Below are positions 1 to 8,273 of a stretch of 64,000 bases of DNA, one piece after another; position 1 is the first letter of the stretch; each line of letters begins with the position of its first letter. Position numbers and translations under genes: made by a program. The stretch comes from Clostridia bacterium (GTDB lineage: Bacteria; Bacillota; Clostridia; Christensenellales; CAAEEZ01), in assembly GCA_900755035.1 (NCBI GenBank), contig CAAEEZ010000017.1:329066-393065 (forward strand). Reading direction: 5' to 3'. The notes under the pieces were generated by a model. The model ran no database searches. It was not told where the DNA came from and was given only the letters and a program-made list of their open reading frames with translations.

Positions 1-477
1 GTCTACGGGGTCGTCGGTAGTAATCACCGTTTCCACTTTCGACCTTTCTAACAACTTCCTTGCCGAAAATTCTCCGCCACTCATTTTTTGCAAAGTTTTT
101 TCCCATATCTCTTCGGCGTTTTCTTCGTTAAGCGGTAAATCTATATCGAAATACGTTTTTAGTTCTAGGCTTGCCCACTGATAAACGGGATTACCTATAA
201 AACTTGGCATACATCTACAAAACGCAAAAAATTTCTCCTTATCGGTAGCATCGCCCGTAACGTACCTTTCCTCTATACCATAAGCACGCATTACTCTCCA
301 CTTGTAGTGGTCGCCATGTAGCCACAACTTCGTTATATTGTCAAAATCCTTGTCATAGTATATCTCCTTAGGACTTAGGTGGCAATGATAATCGAAAATG
401 GGCAAATCCTTCGCTATTTCGTACAATTTTTTTGCAGTTTCGTTTTCTAAATACACGTTTTCTAAGTTCAAATTCAT
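1..477 (-). CDS. uxaC: Uronate (glucuronate) isomerase, N-terminal part; gene continues beyond the left edge
   Basis: Not in the ORF track because no stop lies in the window. Reverse translation from the ATG at 477-475 gives MNLNLENVYLENETAKKLYEIAKDLPIFDYHCHLSPKEI...WLHGDHYKWRVMRAYGIEE...TTDDPVD. This carries the conserved UxaC blocks DYHCHL and GDHYKWR. Confidence 0.85.
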   Translation of the reverse strand, partial: MNLNLENVYLENETAKKLYEIAKDLPIFDYHCHLSPKEIYYDKDFDNITKLWLHGDHYKWRVMRAYGIEERYVTGDATDKEKFFAFCRCMPSFIGNPVYQWASLELKTYFDIDLPLNEENAEEIWEKTLQKMSGGEFSARKLLERSKVETVITTDDPVD

Positions 478-627
478 AGTATCTCCTATCCTACACCGAA
501 ATTATAATTCCCAAATTTTGCTAAGTAAATTGATAAAATTGCTAAAAAACTTGCAAAAGTTGCTATGATCCATTATTATGTATATATGAAATTACCACAA
601 ACCACAAGTTGGAAATCAACACAACTG

Positions 628-1449
628 ATGTCAACCAAAAAATATGAACTTAACTTTTACAAGGACAAAGATTTTAAGACGGTGTCCTTGCATTCACACG
701 ACTTTTACGAACTTTATTACTTCGTAAACGGCTCTGCAACCTACATCATAGAAAGTGGTCACTACAAATTATTGCCGGGCGACGTACTTATTATTCCGCC
801 TAAAAAACTGCATCAACTAGATATTTACGACAGCGAGCAAGAATACGAACGTATCGTTTTGTGGCTTAATCCTTCGTACGTTAAAAAACTATCCACTTCA
901 AAAACAAACCTTGCGAAAGCCTTTGTGGAAGTAACGGAAAATCAAAATTATTTAATACGAAACGCCAACTACTCTAAAACGTTGTTTGACGTACTAACAA
1001 AACTATCAGCCTGCTCTAAAAGTAACGATTTCGGCGCAGATATAGAGGAAGAAAACGTACTAAAAACTTTGCTAATCTTACTATATAAAATTTTAGTACG
1101 TGGTGGCTTTTCAAAACCCGAAACAAACGAAACGGTAAAAAAAGTAGTAGACTACATCGAAACGCACCTAGGCGATAAACTCACCCTAGATTTACTAGCC
1201 GAAAAAGCGTTCGTTAGCAAGTACTATTTAGCGCACGTTTTCAAAGAGGAAACGAACACTTCGCCACACAAATACATACTAAAAAGAAAACTAATATTAG
1301 CCAAAGAACTAATCGAACAAGGCACGCCAAGCAACGAAGTGTACGAAAAATGTGGTTTTGTAGACTACACTCACTTCCTACGTGCTTTTAAGCTAGAATA
1401 CGGCATGACCCCCACCGAGTACAAGAACATAAGCAAAATACTAAACTAA
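628..1449 (+). CDS. AraC-family transcriptional regulator (cupin sensor domain plus C-terminal AraC HTH)
   Basis: The N-terminal cupin-like HSHDFYELYYFVNG...LLPGDVLIIPP is followed by a C-terminal AraC HTH (LTLDLLAEKAFVSKYYLAHVFKEETNTSPHKYILKRKL...GFVDYTHFLRAFKLEYGMTP). The frame is open from 565. The start is uncertain (565, 586 or 628). The gene is divergent from uxaC. Confidence 0.8.
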   Translation: MSTKKYELNFYKDKDFKTVSLHSHDFYELYYFVNGSATYIIESGHYKLLPGDVLIIPPKKLHQLDIYDSEQEYERIVLWLNPSYVKKLSTSKTNLAKAFVEVTENQNYLIRNANYSKTLFDVLTKLSACSKSNDFGADIEEENVLKTLLILLYKILVRGGFSKPETNETVKKVVDYIETHLGDKLTLDLLAEKAFVSKYYLAHVFKEETNTSPHKYILKRKLILAKELIEQGTPSNEVYEKCGFVDYTHFLRAFKLEYGMTPTEYKNISKILN

Positions 1450-1465
1450 ATTACACGTGCTTTAT

Positions 1466-1497
1466 AAAAAACCTAGGCAAAACTAGGTTTTATATTT
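1466..1497 (+). terminator. Rho-independent terminator after the AraC gene
   Basis: Stem aaaacctag / ctaggtttt (1468-1476 and 1483-1491) followed by T-rich sequence. Confidence 0.6.
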
Positions 1498-1573
1498 ATT
1501 CTACTATATATTATATACGCAAATATTGAACTTTTCTTTTTTATTTAATATACTTATTTTAAGCGAGGATATT

Positions 1574-2212
1574 ATGAAAAAGAACAATAAAAGAAATTTA
1601 GCAAACCACCTTAACAGCGTAAAGGAATTATTACTAAGCGACGAACAAGTGCTATGGGAAGCAAAACCTAAAAAAAGCGCGTACATTCTTTCAGCAATTA
1701 TCAAGATGATGCCCATTGCAATTCTATGGATAATTTTTGATACGTTTTTCATAATGTCAATAATAAAAATTATGGGAACTTTCCCTTGGTTTTTATGGCT
1801 ATTTTTTGCCGCGCACCTTATCCCAGTGTGGATATGGATAGCAAACATCGTAAAATCTGTTTTAGAAATTAAAAATATCGAGTACTTGGCAACCGATAAG
1901 CGTTTAATCGTAAAAAGAGGGGTAATAGCGGACGTAATTAACGTAAGTTACGCCGACGTTACGTCAATAGACTTAAAAGTTGGACTAATAGACAAAATAC
2001 TTGGCGTTGGCGACTTATACGTGGATACGAAATCGCAAGACGTTATACTTAGCGACGTTCAAAACCCGTACAAAGTAGTAAACGAATTGCAACAAATTGC
2101 TTTCACTAGCAAAAACGACGTATACTTCCCTAACGCAATAAGGGAGCAATATGCCAAAACTCCACTGCAAAAAACTGACGAAAAAAGCAATATCTTCAAA
2201 AATGAAGAATAA
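1574..2212 (+). CDS. Membrane protein with bacterial PH domain (bPH_2, YdbS/YdbT-like)
   Basis: A GAGGA RBS lies 6 nt upstream of the ATG at 1574. Two hydrophobic helices follow EQVLWEAKPKK. The PH-like block is YLATDKRLIVKRGVIADVINVSYADVTSIDLKVGLIDKILGVGDLYV. Confidence 0.65.
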   Translation: MKKNNKRNLANHLNSVKELLLSDEQVLWEAKPKKSAYILSAIIKMMPIAILWIIFDTFFIMSIIKIMGTFPWFLWLFFAAHLIPVWIWIANIVKSVLEIKNIEYLATDKRLIVKRGVIADVINVSYADVTSIDLKVGLIDKILGVGDLYVDTKSQDVILSDVQNPYKVVNELQQIAFTSKNDVYFPNAIREQYAKTPLQKTDEKSNIFKNEE

Positions 2213-2458
2213 TACGCAAACCATTATTTATTAACGTGGCAAACGTTCCATTTATAACACACCTAATCATTGCAGTTTTATGCAAAATATATTAGTATAT
2301 TATACGAGATTTTACTCATGTATGAATATTAGAATTAATACAAAATATCACTAATTCTAAATTATTTATCAGAAGTATTACTATTTCTAAATTCTTGCAT
2401 AATTGTTTCAATTTTATCAATTTGCAAATTAACTATATTTTTAGCTCTACAGAATTGT

Positions 2459-3307
2459 TCAATATTTTCTTTTGACAAAATATGAAAAATGCCACTTAGT
2501 CGTGCGCGGGAGAAGTTTATGTAATTTAAAAAAATATGGAAGATCAATTTCCACTAAAGAATGACCTAAAACATAAACATCTCTAATGTCGTTTATATCG
2601 GGTATATTTCGTTTTATATAATTTTCAACTCTACACCAATGTTTATTTGTATCTTTATATGAAATATTTAATAGTGAATATATAATATGTGATTCGAGCA
2701 TTCTTCCATTAGCAGCCCATATTGGAAGTTCTGGATCACTTATTTTATAACCATGCCCAAACACTATAGATTCTTCTTTTTGTGCTGTACCATGAATATG
2801 AATAATATTTCCTCTGTCCACTCCAAATCTTTTATTTATCGTATCTGTATAATTAAAGTTAATAAATACACTATTTCCAAAATTATATAATAATTTATTT
2901 GATTGTATTTTAATAGAAGAAATCCATTTACAGAATAACTTTCTTATTATTATATATGCATCTTGTAAATCATTATACAAATCATATATATCATCATTTT
3001 CCTTACCATATGCCGTTAATATTTGATCGTGATCCAATAAACTCAGTGAACTTTCAAAATCATTCCAAAAAATTTCATCTTTGGACATAATTTCATTACA
3101 ATTTATCAATTCATAAAACAAATCAAATTTTGTATAAAGAATATTATCTGTAGAAACTATAAAGTTTATATCTAAGTCTATTGAAAATTGTTTTTTATTT
3201 TGTTCATAATATTTTTTAAAATCAACATAACTAGTTGGTAAACCTTGCCAAAGATCGAATCCGTTACCTATAATAATAATTTTTTCGACCTTTGTTTTAC
3301 TCATCAT
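2459..3307 (-). CDS. abiH: AbiH-family abortive-infection protein (3' end possibly frameshifted; see findings)
   Basis: The blocks IIIIGNGFDLWQGLPTSYVDFKKYY, FINFNYTDT, IIHIHGT and VYVLGHSLVEIDLPYF match the conserved blocks of the AbiH family. The RBS is AAGGAG. The gene is extremely AT-rich. Confidence 0.75.
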   Translation of the reverse strand: MMSKTKVEKIIIIGNGFDLWQGLPTSYVDFKKYYEQNKKQFSIDLDINFIVSTDNILYTKFDLFYELINCNEIMSKDEIFWNDFESSLSLLDHDQILTAYGKENDDIYDLYNDLQDAYIIIRKLFCKWISSIKIQSNKLLYNFGNSVFINFNYTDTINKRFGVDRGNIIHIHGTAQKEESIVFGHGYKISDPELPIWAANGRMLESHIIYSLLNISYKDTNKHWCRVENYIKRNIPDINDIRDVYVLGHSLVEIDLPYFFKLHKLLPRTTKWHFSYFVKRKY

Positions 3308-3590
3308 ATGCTCCTTATTTTTATCATTCTATTTGTTTTAATACTAGTCTTTTTGCATTATAGCATAATACATAACAAATTAATGAATAAAATCACAATG
3401 ATTTTCTACAAAAAATCATATAAGACACACTCATTAAAACTTAATTGCCCCTCATTTTAGGTAGTTACTCAACGATATAGTACGGAACAAACATATTATA
3501 TCATATTTTAATTGCAACATAATACTATTGACTTATCAATACGATTTTATTATAATTAGTTTAATTAACAAAAGTTAAATGGGTGAGATT

Positions 3591-5423
3591 ATGAATTGTA
3601 AAAAATGTGGAGCAAATTTACCAGACGACGCCGAATTTTGCGCCTTTTGTGGAACTAAAATAGTTAAAGAAAAGTACTGCCCTAAATGTGGCTATAAATG
3701 TGCAGAAAACTATTTATATTGCCTAAAATGCGGGTACAAATTTGAAGAAAACCCTGCTACTGCTAGTAATGAAACCAGGTTTGTTTCACCAAGAATTATA
3801 AACAACAAAGCACAAAATTTATCAGGCGAACGACCTGCAAAAAACGTGATAAAAAACGTTGCCACTTTTGCAAAGCGTAAAAAAAGCGTACTTATCAGTA
3901 TTGTTTGTTTTATGCTATCTTTAATGATATTCGTCAGTTCGTTTTTCGGCGTAGTCACAGTAAATATGTCGGAAGATTTGCTTAATATTACAGGTGATAC
4001 GAATATTCATCTAGCACGCAATATAAACGCAGACCTATCTTCAATAGATTTGATTAAGTACTCTTTATTTGCAATATCTCTTGATGAAGAAAAAGCAAAT
4101 AATCTAAAAAATGAGTACGACACAGAACTAAACAGACTAACTACCGAATTTGCATTAGCTATTGCTCCTTACGTATCGGTAACGACAGACGGCACTAGTT
4201 ATCTAAGTAAAAAAGGCTGCGAAAAGGCAGAAGAATTTTTGCAAAATACGGATTTCTTGCTTGTAGCACTTAATAGTACTTACTTATATAGCGTATTAGG
4301 AACGGACACAATAAATATCTCCACTAGTAGTATTGGCGTACCACTAAAAACGGCTGGCATTTTCGCATTACTAACGATAATCGCATCGGGAATTACTCTC
4401 GTTGTATCTATATTAGCAATATTTAGAAAAAACGCAAAAGGACTAAACGTATTACTTGCATTTACCTTTATACTTTCTATAATTGCAACTTCCCTTGCCG
4501 CCTACGAAAAAGACGTTACTATGGGCGCAGCGTATATATTTATTATGGTAATATTCGCATTATACTACGTAGTAAATATGGCGGTTAAGATTATCAGCGA
4601 AAAACAAATCAGCCTAGGTACTGCCCTTTCTAAATCAGCCGTTATCGTTTCGTCAATAGTGGCGCTAGCTATGTTCACTAGCCCCGTTATAAACGTATCT
4701 GTCAAATCTAACGACTTTGCTAATACTAATTTTGAATATACGTACGATTACACGCATTTTGAAATTTGCGACAGCGTATTCCCACAAATACCTTTCGACC
4801 AACGTGAAAGTGGCATGGACTATAACGACAGCATAGAAGAACTTTTAGGTAAAGAAGATGTAACCCCATTAGAACTTAAAATGTATCTAGGATTAAATAG
4901 AATACTGCAAAATAAGGCGATGGCAACGTCAACTTCTGTGCTTGCATTATTCATACCAATAATGTCTATGCTTTCTTTGTTTACGATTGCATTTCTATTT
5001 GCAGTAAACGTTGCAACGAATAAACATACCAAATTGTTCAACTGTATTACGCTCGTTATTATCACCGCATTTCTGTTAGTATCTATCGTTATTTGTTATT
5101 CGCTTCCGGGACTAATAGCAAGCATAGCGACCTTCTCGTTCTCGGCAGGCATAGGACTAATCGTACAACTCGTATTTGCTTGCATTGCCCTTGTAGCCAG
5201 CATTATAGCACTTTTTATGGACAAATACGTTTTTGCCTTTGGTAAAAAAGTGCAAACCACTACTATTACTTCACTTGCTAACAATACGATTAGCGAAAAA
5301 AACGTAGCACAAGAAAACGATTTAACCACTACTCCACTTGAACAAAACGCTAGCCAAGTAGTAAAAAATCAACAGCCAAACGATACGGATGCTTCCACGC
5401 CTAACGACCTAGCAAACGACTAA
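3591..5423 (+). CDS. Double zinc-ribbon N-terminus fused to a large polytopic membrane protein of unknown function
   Basis: MNCKKCGANLPDDAEFCAFCG...CPKCGYKC...CLKCGYKF gives two CxxC...CxxC ribbons. About 10 or more hydrophobic segments follow, then a polar low-complexity tail. A GGTGAG RBS precedes the ATG at 3591 (the ORF track start is 3579). A TTGACT-17-TATAAT promoter lies upstream. Confidence 0.6.
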   Translation: MNCKKCGANLPDDAEFCAFCGTKIVKEKYCPKCGYKCAENYLYCLKCGYKFEENPATASNETRFVSPRIINNKAQNLSGERPAKNVIKNVATFAKRKKSVLISIVCFMLSLMIFVSSFFGVVTVNMSEDLLNITGDTNIHLARNINADLSSIDLIKYSLFAISLDEEKANNLKNEYDTELNRLTTEFALAIAPYVSVTTDGTSYLSKKGCEKAEEFLQNTDFLLVALNSTYLYSVLGTDTINISTSSIGVPLKTAGIFALLTIIASGITLVVSILAIFRKNAKGLNVLLAFTFILSIIATSLAAYEKDVTMGAAYIFIMVIFALYYVVNMAVKIISEKQISLGTALSKSAVIVSSIVALAMFTSPVINVSVKSNDFANTNFEYTYDYTHFEICDSVFPQIPFDQRESGMDYNDSIEELLGKEDVTPLELKMYLGLNRILQNKAMATSTSVLALFIPIMSMLSLFTIAFLFAVNVATNKHTKLFNCITLVIITAFLLVSIVICYSLPGLIASIATFSFSAGIGLIVQLVFACIALVASIIALFMDKYVFAFGKKVQTTTITSLANNTISEKNVAQENDLTTTPLEQNASQVVKNQQPNDTDASTPNDLAND

Positions 5424-5446
5424 ATAGCCTTATGCACCGTTAGTTT

Positions 5447-5490
5447 TTACACTTATACTTACACTTATACTTACACTTATGCTTACACTT
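5447..5490. repeat. Tandem 12-nt repeat, about 3.7 copies (ttacacttatac)
   Basis: Read directly: ttacacttatac / ttacacttatac / ttacacttatgc / ttacactt. Confidence 0.9.
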
Positions 5491-5571
5491 AAAAATATTT
5501 TTTGAAACGAAAAAGCACAAAAAAACCATTAAAAAAGGGCAAAAAAGGGCTAAAAAACATAAAAAAGAAAC

Positions 5572-5600
5572 AAAAAAAGCCCTTTTTTAAGGGCTTTTCA
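5572..5600. terminator. Bidirectional hairpin terminator (tRNA-Ser on the minus strand; zinc-ribbon gene on the plus strand)
   Basis: Stem aagccctt / aagggctt (5577-5584 and 5589-5596). An A7 run lies upstream and a T run downstream. Confidence 0.7.
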
Positions 5601-5606
5601 AGGGTT

Positions 5607-5695
5607 TGGCGGAGGAATAGGGATTTGAACCCCAGGAGGCTATTAACCTCAACGGTTTTCAAGACCGCCGCATTCAGCCGCTCTGCCATTCCTCC
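5607..5695 (-). tRNA. tRNA-Ser (anticodon UGA), CCA encoded
   Basis: The reverse complement is GGAGGAATGGCAGAGCGGCTGAATGCGGCGGTCTTGAAAACCGTTGAGGTTAATAGCCTCCTGGGGTTCAAATCCCTATTCCTCCGCCA. The acceptor stem is 7 bp, the anticodon loop is CTTGAAA, and there is a long variable arm and a T-loop TTCAAAT. Confidence 0.93.
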
Positions 5696-5809
5696 ATACG
5701 ACTGATAAAGCATTAGTAGTATAACAAAAAATGCGTGCAGTGTCAAACAATTTAGATAAATTTTGCAAAATCGCAGTGGAAAAGTAAAAGACAGCCCTAA
5801 GGCAGTCTT

Positions 5810-7504
5810 TTATTTAACGTTTTTTCTTAATTCGTTTTTAGGTTTGATATTTACGTAACTTTTTATGCTATCGGCAATATTGCACATATGGTCAGCCACT
5901 CTTTCTAGGTCGTTTGCCATATTCAAGTAAATTGCACCTGCCTCGGCGGAACAAATACCCTCTTTCATTCGTGAAATGTGCTTGTAAGCCATTACTTCCT
6001 TTTCCTTGTCCACCACTTCTTCTTTGGTGTCTAGTTCCTCTTCTAAGGACAAATCCACGTTTGTAAATATTTGCATAGCAAGGTCGTAAACGGTGTCAAC
6101 GGACGATTTCATTTGTTTCACTTCACTTAACGCCTTTTCGGATATCGTGGTTTTTTCGTCTATTGCAGTTTGCGTGTATTCGGTGATATTTTCGGCATAG
6201 TCGCCTATTCTTTCAAAGTCCGCAACAACGTGGTAGTAACTACCTATTGCTTTCTTATCGGTAAGCGAAATATCGGAGTTGGATAGCTGAACGATAATTT
6301 TAGGAATTTCCTTTGATAAATAGTCTAATTCCTTTTCCCTTTTCATAATCTCGTCAACCTTTTTGGTATCCAAATTAACGAAACTATCCATAGCCATATC
6401 CAAGTTGTTTTTTGCCATCTCGCCCATATTTATTATTTCTTTCTTTAAGTAAGATATTGCAATAGGCGGAGTTGACAACATATGTTTTTCAAAAAAGTGT
6501 AATCTTGGCTCGTCTGTTTTGACCTCTTTCCCTTTTTTATCAGGCAATATTTTGCACGACAATTTTACTAATTGCTTCGAGAACGGTAGCAAAACCACGG
6601 TTGCAGCAACGTTGAATATCGTGTGCACCATTGCAACTTGAAGCGCAATATTACCAGGGAAAGCCGTTTCTATCCAATAACTGAATTTTACGCCTGGAAT
6701 AAATAGGAAAATCATAAAAGCAATCGTGCCGAAAATTTTGATATTTAGGTGAAGTAGCGCCGTCCTTTTTGCGTTAATGCAACCACCAATACTTGCTATT
6801 ACGGCAGTAACGCACGTACCAATGTTCGAGCCGATAATTAGATAAACGCTCTGCTCCAAAGTTAGCATACCGCCAACTGCCATCGTGATAAATATACCAC
6901 TTGCCGCCGAGCTACTTTGAATAATCGCCGTAAAGATGATACCTATCAAAAGAAGCAAGAAAGGATTTGTAACGGTGCTGAATACGTACGAATAATTTTC
7001 GCCGATACCCTTCATAGAGTCGCCCATAACGTCAAGACCAAGGAACAACATTCCTAGACCGACCATAAGGGTGGAAATCTTTTTTACTTTGTCGTTTTTG
7101 GAAAACATCAACGCCATTGCGCCTATTCCCGTAAAGGCTGCAAATAGCGCAGACAAACTGAACGAATTGCTACTAAAACCAATAGCAACTAATTGCGCCG
7201 TAATGGTAGTACCGATATTAGCACCAAAAATTATGCTAGGCACTTGACCAAGCGTCATAAGGCCTGCGTTTACAAAGCCTATCAGCATAACGGTTACGGC
7301 CGAACTACTTTGTATTATTGCCGTAGTTACCATTCCCACGCCAACGCCTACTAATTTATTGCTAGAAATCTTAGAAAACCAACCTTTTATTTGGTTGCCC
7401 GCTATGGTTTCCAAGCTGTCGCTCATCATTTTCATACCGTATAGGAAAACGCCAAGCCCCGCAAGCAGTAATAGTATCGCCTCGAATATCTCTAATCCTG
7501 TCAT
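5810..7504 (-). CDS. Na+/phosphate cotransporter family protein with C-terminal PhoU-like repeats
   Basis: The N-terminus LLLLAGLGVFLYGMKMMSDSLE and duplicated IIQSSSA motifs fit this family. The C-terminal PhoU-like helices are ERIGDYAENI and LERVADHMCNIA. The RBS is GAAGGAGAG. Confidence 0.85.
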   Translation of the reverse strand: MTGLEIFEAILLLLAGLGVFLYGMKMMSDSLETIAGNQIKGWFSKISSNKLVGVGVGMVTTAIIQSSSAVTVMLIGFVNAGLMTLGQVPSIIFGANIGTTITAQLVAIGFSSNSFSLSALFAAFTGIGAMALMFSKNDKVKKISTLMVGLGMLFLGLDVMGDSMKGIGENYSYVFSTVTNPFLLLLIGIIFTAIIQSSSAASGIFITMAVGGMLTLEQSVYLIIGSNIGTCVTAVIASIGGCINAKRTALLHLNIKIFGTIAFMIFLFIPGVKFSYWIETAFPGNIALQVAMVHTIFNVAATVVLLPFSKQLVKLSCKILPDKKGKEVKTDEPRLHFFEKHMLSTPPIAISYLKKEIINMGEMAKNNLDMAMDSFVNLDTKKVDEIMKREKELDYLSKEIPKIIVQLSNSDISLTDKKAIGSYYHVVADFERIGDYAENITEYTQTAIDEKTTISEKALSEVKQMKSSVDTVYDLAMQIFTNVDLSLEEELDTKEEVVDKEKEVMAYKHISRMKEGICSAEAGAIYLNMANDLERVADHMCNIADSIKSYVNIKPKNELRKNVK

Positions 7505-7713
7505 ACTCTCTCCTTCTGTATATAATACTAAATGACAAAGAAAATATACGAAATATTTACGAAATATTTACCTTCGTATTACAATTATAACATTATGACA
7601 AGTCTAATTATAAATTATTTGAAAAAAAAAGTAAAACAATCACACCGTATTTTAACGATTTATTATTTTTTCTAAAAAAATGCAAATAAGCACAAATTCC
7701 CACTATTAAAGGT

Positions 7714-7742
7714 TTGACAAAAGCAATTATTTTTAATATAAT
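7714..7742 (+). promoter_or_regulatory. Consensus sigma-70/SigA promoter for tRNA-Thr
   Basis: TTGACA (7714-7719), a 17-nt spacer, then TATAAT (7737-7742). It lies 20 nt upstream of the tRNA 5' end. Confidence 0.75.
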
Positions 7743-7761
7743 GTAACCGTTGCACTAAATT

Positions 7762-7814
<53 letters not shown>

Positions 7815-7837
<23 letters not shown>

Positions 7838-8052
7838 TAAAAAATACCTTAGACAAATCGTCTAAGGTATTTTTTATTACGCTTATTTAACCGTATTTGT
7901 GACTAGTAGACACAATCTTCCTCTTAATACACTTTTTGCTAGTCCAAATCCGTCCAGCTCCACACCACCGTCTGATTGTCTAAGTAATTTTTTTATTACG
8001 TTTATCTATCATATTTGCTACTAGTAGATACACCCCCTTTCTTTAATACTCT
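7815..8052. repeat. Degenerate tandem duplication (~115-120 nt unit) of the tRNA-Thr 3' end plus downstream sequence
   Basis: Copy 1 runs 7815 to about 7930 and copy 2 runs 7943 to about 8050. Compare ttcaaatccggttagcagctcca with tccaaatccgtccagctccaca. Compare also cgtctaaggtattttttattacgcttatttaaccgtatttgtgactagtagacac with tgtctaagtaatttttttattacgtttatctatcatatttgctactagtagatac. The alignment was done by eye. Confidence 0.6.
7841..7876 (+). terminator. Rho-independent terminator after tRNA-Thr
   Basis: Stem taccttagac / gtctaaggta (7845-7854 and 7860-7869) followed by TTTTTT. Confidence 0.8.
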
Positions 8053-8273
8053 AAATGGTGGAAAAACATATATATTGTTTGTATATTTTTACTTTACGCA
8101 CTTTCTAATAGTAATTCACTTGTCTTGTCATAAACATAACTATCAAACTACATAAGCTATATATTTTCAAGTTAAGTCATAAACACAAAACATACACGGA
8201 TCCTTTTTTGATAATCAAATAGTAAACAGAGCTATATTGCACCTCCATTTTTTATTTTTGTCTTTTAGAAAAT

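Noticed and set aside
1504-1848. A 114-aa minus-strand ORF overlapping the start of the PH-domain gene, and the 71-aa ORF 3245..3460 (+) upstream of AbiH.
   Set aside because: Both overlap better-supported genes or promoter regions, lack RBSs, and have hydrophobic AT-rich-frame translations.
5502-5705. A 67-aa lysine-rich ORF (MKRKSTKKPLKKGKKGLKNIKKKQKK...) and the opposite 85-aa ORF 5489..5746.
   Set aside because: Both are created by the A-rich spacer and run straight through the tRNA-Ser gene and its terminator. Neither has an RBS.
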